Virus record (IMG/VR): IMGVR_UViG_3300017754_001832
Reading direction: 5' to 3' (one strand)
Source of the DNA: a virus
DNA length: 64,000 nt
In this document: in pieces, positions 63,122 to 64,000 of the stretch
Numbering within the stretch: position 1 is the first letter of the stretch
Layout: every line of letters starts with the position of its first letter
Translations under genes and position numbers: made by a program
The notes under the pieces: generated by a model
Told to the model about the DNA's origin: nothing
The model's database searches: none
Seen by the model: only the letters and a program-made list of their open reading frames with translations

Positions 63122-64000
63122 TCAACCCTCCTCTTCCTCATCTTCAAAATGCTCGGTGAAACGCTCGCGCATCGTCGCCATTGGTTTGCGCGGATCGGTG
63201 AGGGGCACCAGCACAGGTTTTCCCGGTGCTTGCACGACGTGCGGCTTCAGCTTGTCCTTGCCGCCCTTGCCGAGAACTTTCTGCGCGGTCGCAGGCGAGA
63301 TCAGCTTCTTCGGTTGGAATAGCTCGACATGCTCGGGCAGCGTGTCCTCCAGCCATTCTTCAGCGGCTTTCTCATCTGCCCACTGACGGATGCCGAGACG
63401 GCCCTCGACGACCTTCTTCCCGCCGCCATCCTTGCCCGCCATGCAGTCGTTGATGTGCGCTGCGTGCAGGCGCTTGAGCCACTGCGTGAGGGCGGGCGCC
63501 ATATCGAGGATGCGGGCGCGGTGTTCGGGGTCGAGCGTTTCGAGCGGCGGTAGCTCGGGCTCTTTGTGCGTGCGGCCTTGGAACTGCTTCAGCTTGAGCC
63601 GGGCCTTGTTGAGGTTCCACTCGTCGTATTCGCGGCAGTGGCCGTTGACCGCTGCCTTGCAGTATCCGCACTGCTTGTCGCCCGGCGTGCGCGGTGCGTC
63701 GGCGTCATAGGTCAAGGCACCCTTGTCCTTCACCTCGGCCATGAAGTCCATGAGTTCGTCGTAGGTGCAATACATCTCACCGCCGCCGCCCTCGTTGCGC
63801 GGCTGGTCGATGACGATGCGGAACAGCGGATCGGGCGCGTCCTTCGGCCAGATTTTCTTGGCGTACTGATCCCAGAAGCCGCCGGCATAGATGCGAAGCT
63901 GGCGGTTGCCCTCCGCGCGCACAGGCAGGCCCGCGCCATACTTCAGATCGCGGATCGTGATGAGGCCGCGCTTGACGTTGATGATGCCCACGTCGAGCGT
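63122..64000 (-). CDS. DUF2800 / PD-(D/E)XK Cas4-like nuclease, 5' end outside the window
   Basis: DLKYGAG...NRQLRIYAGG and the Cys cluster CGYCKAAVNGHCREY. The ORF runs off the window edge. Confidence 0.7.
   Translation of the reverse strand, partial: TLDVGIINVKRGLITIRDLKYGAGLPVRAEGNRQLRIYAGGFWDQYAKKIWPKDAPDPLFRIVIDQPRNEGGGGEMYCTYDELMDFMAEVKDKGALTYDADAPRTPGDKQCGYCKAAVNGHCREYDEWNLNKARLKLKQFQGRTHKEPELPPLETLDPEHRARILDMAPALTQWLKRLHAAHINDCMAGKDGGGKKVVEGRLGIRQWADEKAAEEWLEDTLPEHVELFQPKKLISPATAQKVLGKGGKDKLKPHVVQAPGKPVLVPLTDPRKPMATMRERFTEHFEDEEEEG

Overview
The window reads as most of a tailed-phage or prophage genome at about 63-65% GC, probably infecting an alphaproteobacterium. Evidence for the host is a GapR/DUF2312 homologue, GTA-like distal tail genes and GANTC signals. 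Layout: a C-rich iteron leader (1-900). A + strand block of unknown early genes (953-7823). A lone M15 endolysin on the - strand (7931-8326). A + strand middle block (8650-25260) with an HNH nuclease, C5 and MT-A70 DNA methyltransferases, a tail-fibre-like cassette, MazG-like, dCMP-deaminase and HD nucleotide-pool enzymes, GapR and SPFH. A long - strand late block (25304-54909) in lambda gene order: TerS, TerL, W, portal, S49 protease, D, E, FI, FII, Z, U, V, G/GT, tape measure, distal tail, J-like, fibres and a putative lysis cassette. Last come a glycosyltransferase/methyltransferase cluster (54885-58077) and a replication module (SNF2, VRR-NUC, PolA, DUF2815 SSB, DUF2800). No integrase, repressor, tRNA or CRISPR array was seen. 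Main leads: (1) the tetrapeptide D-S-N-S recurs 19 times in 12 virion proteins and appears in no other protein I read, next to phage Maf/DUF115-type and other glycosyltransferases, suggesting an undescribed virion-modification sequon system. (2) The 7-kb early block carries about 5-6 times the expected GANTC density, mostly in frame as Glu/Asp-Ser. (3) A second ORF with its own SD and ATG seems to be overprinted on the C5 methyltransferase gene. (4) The portal gene has an in-frame TAG. (5) The J-like tail gene is split by a small inserted gene. All counts were made by hand and are approximate.
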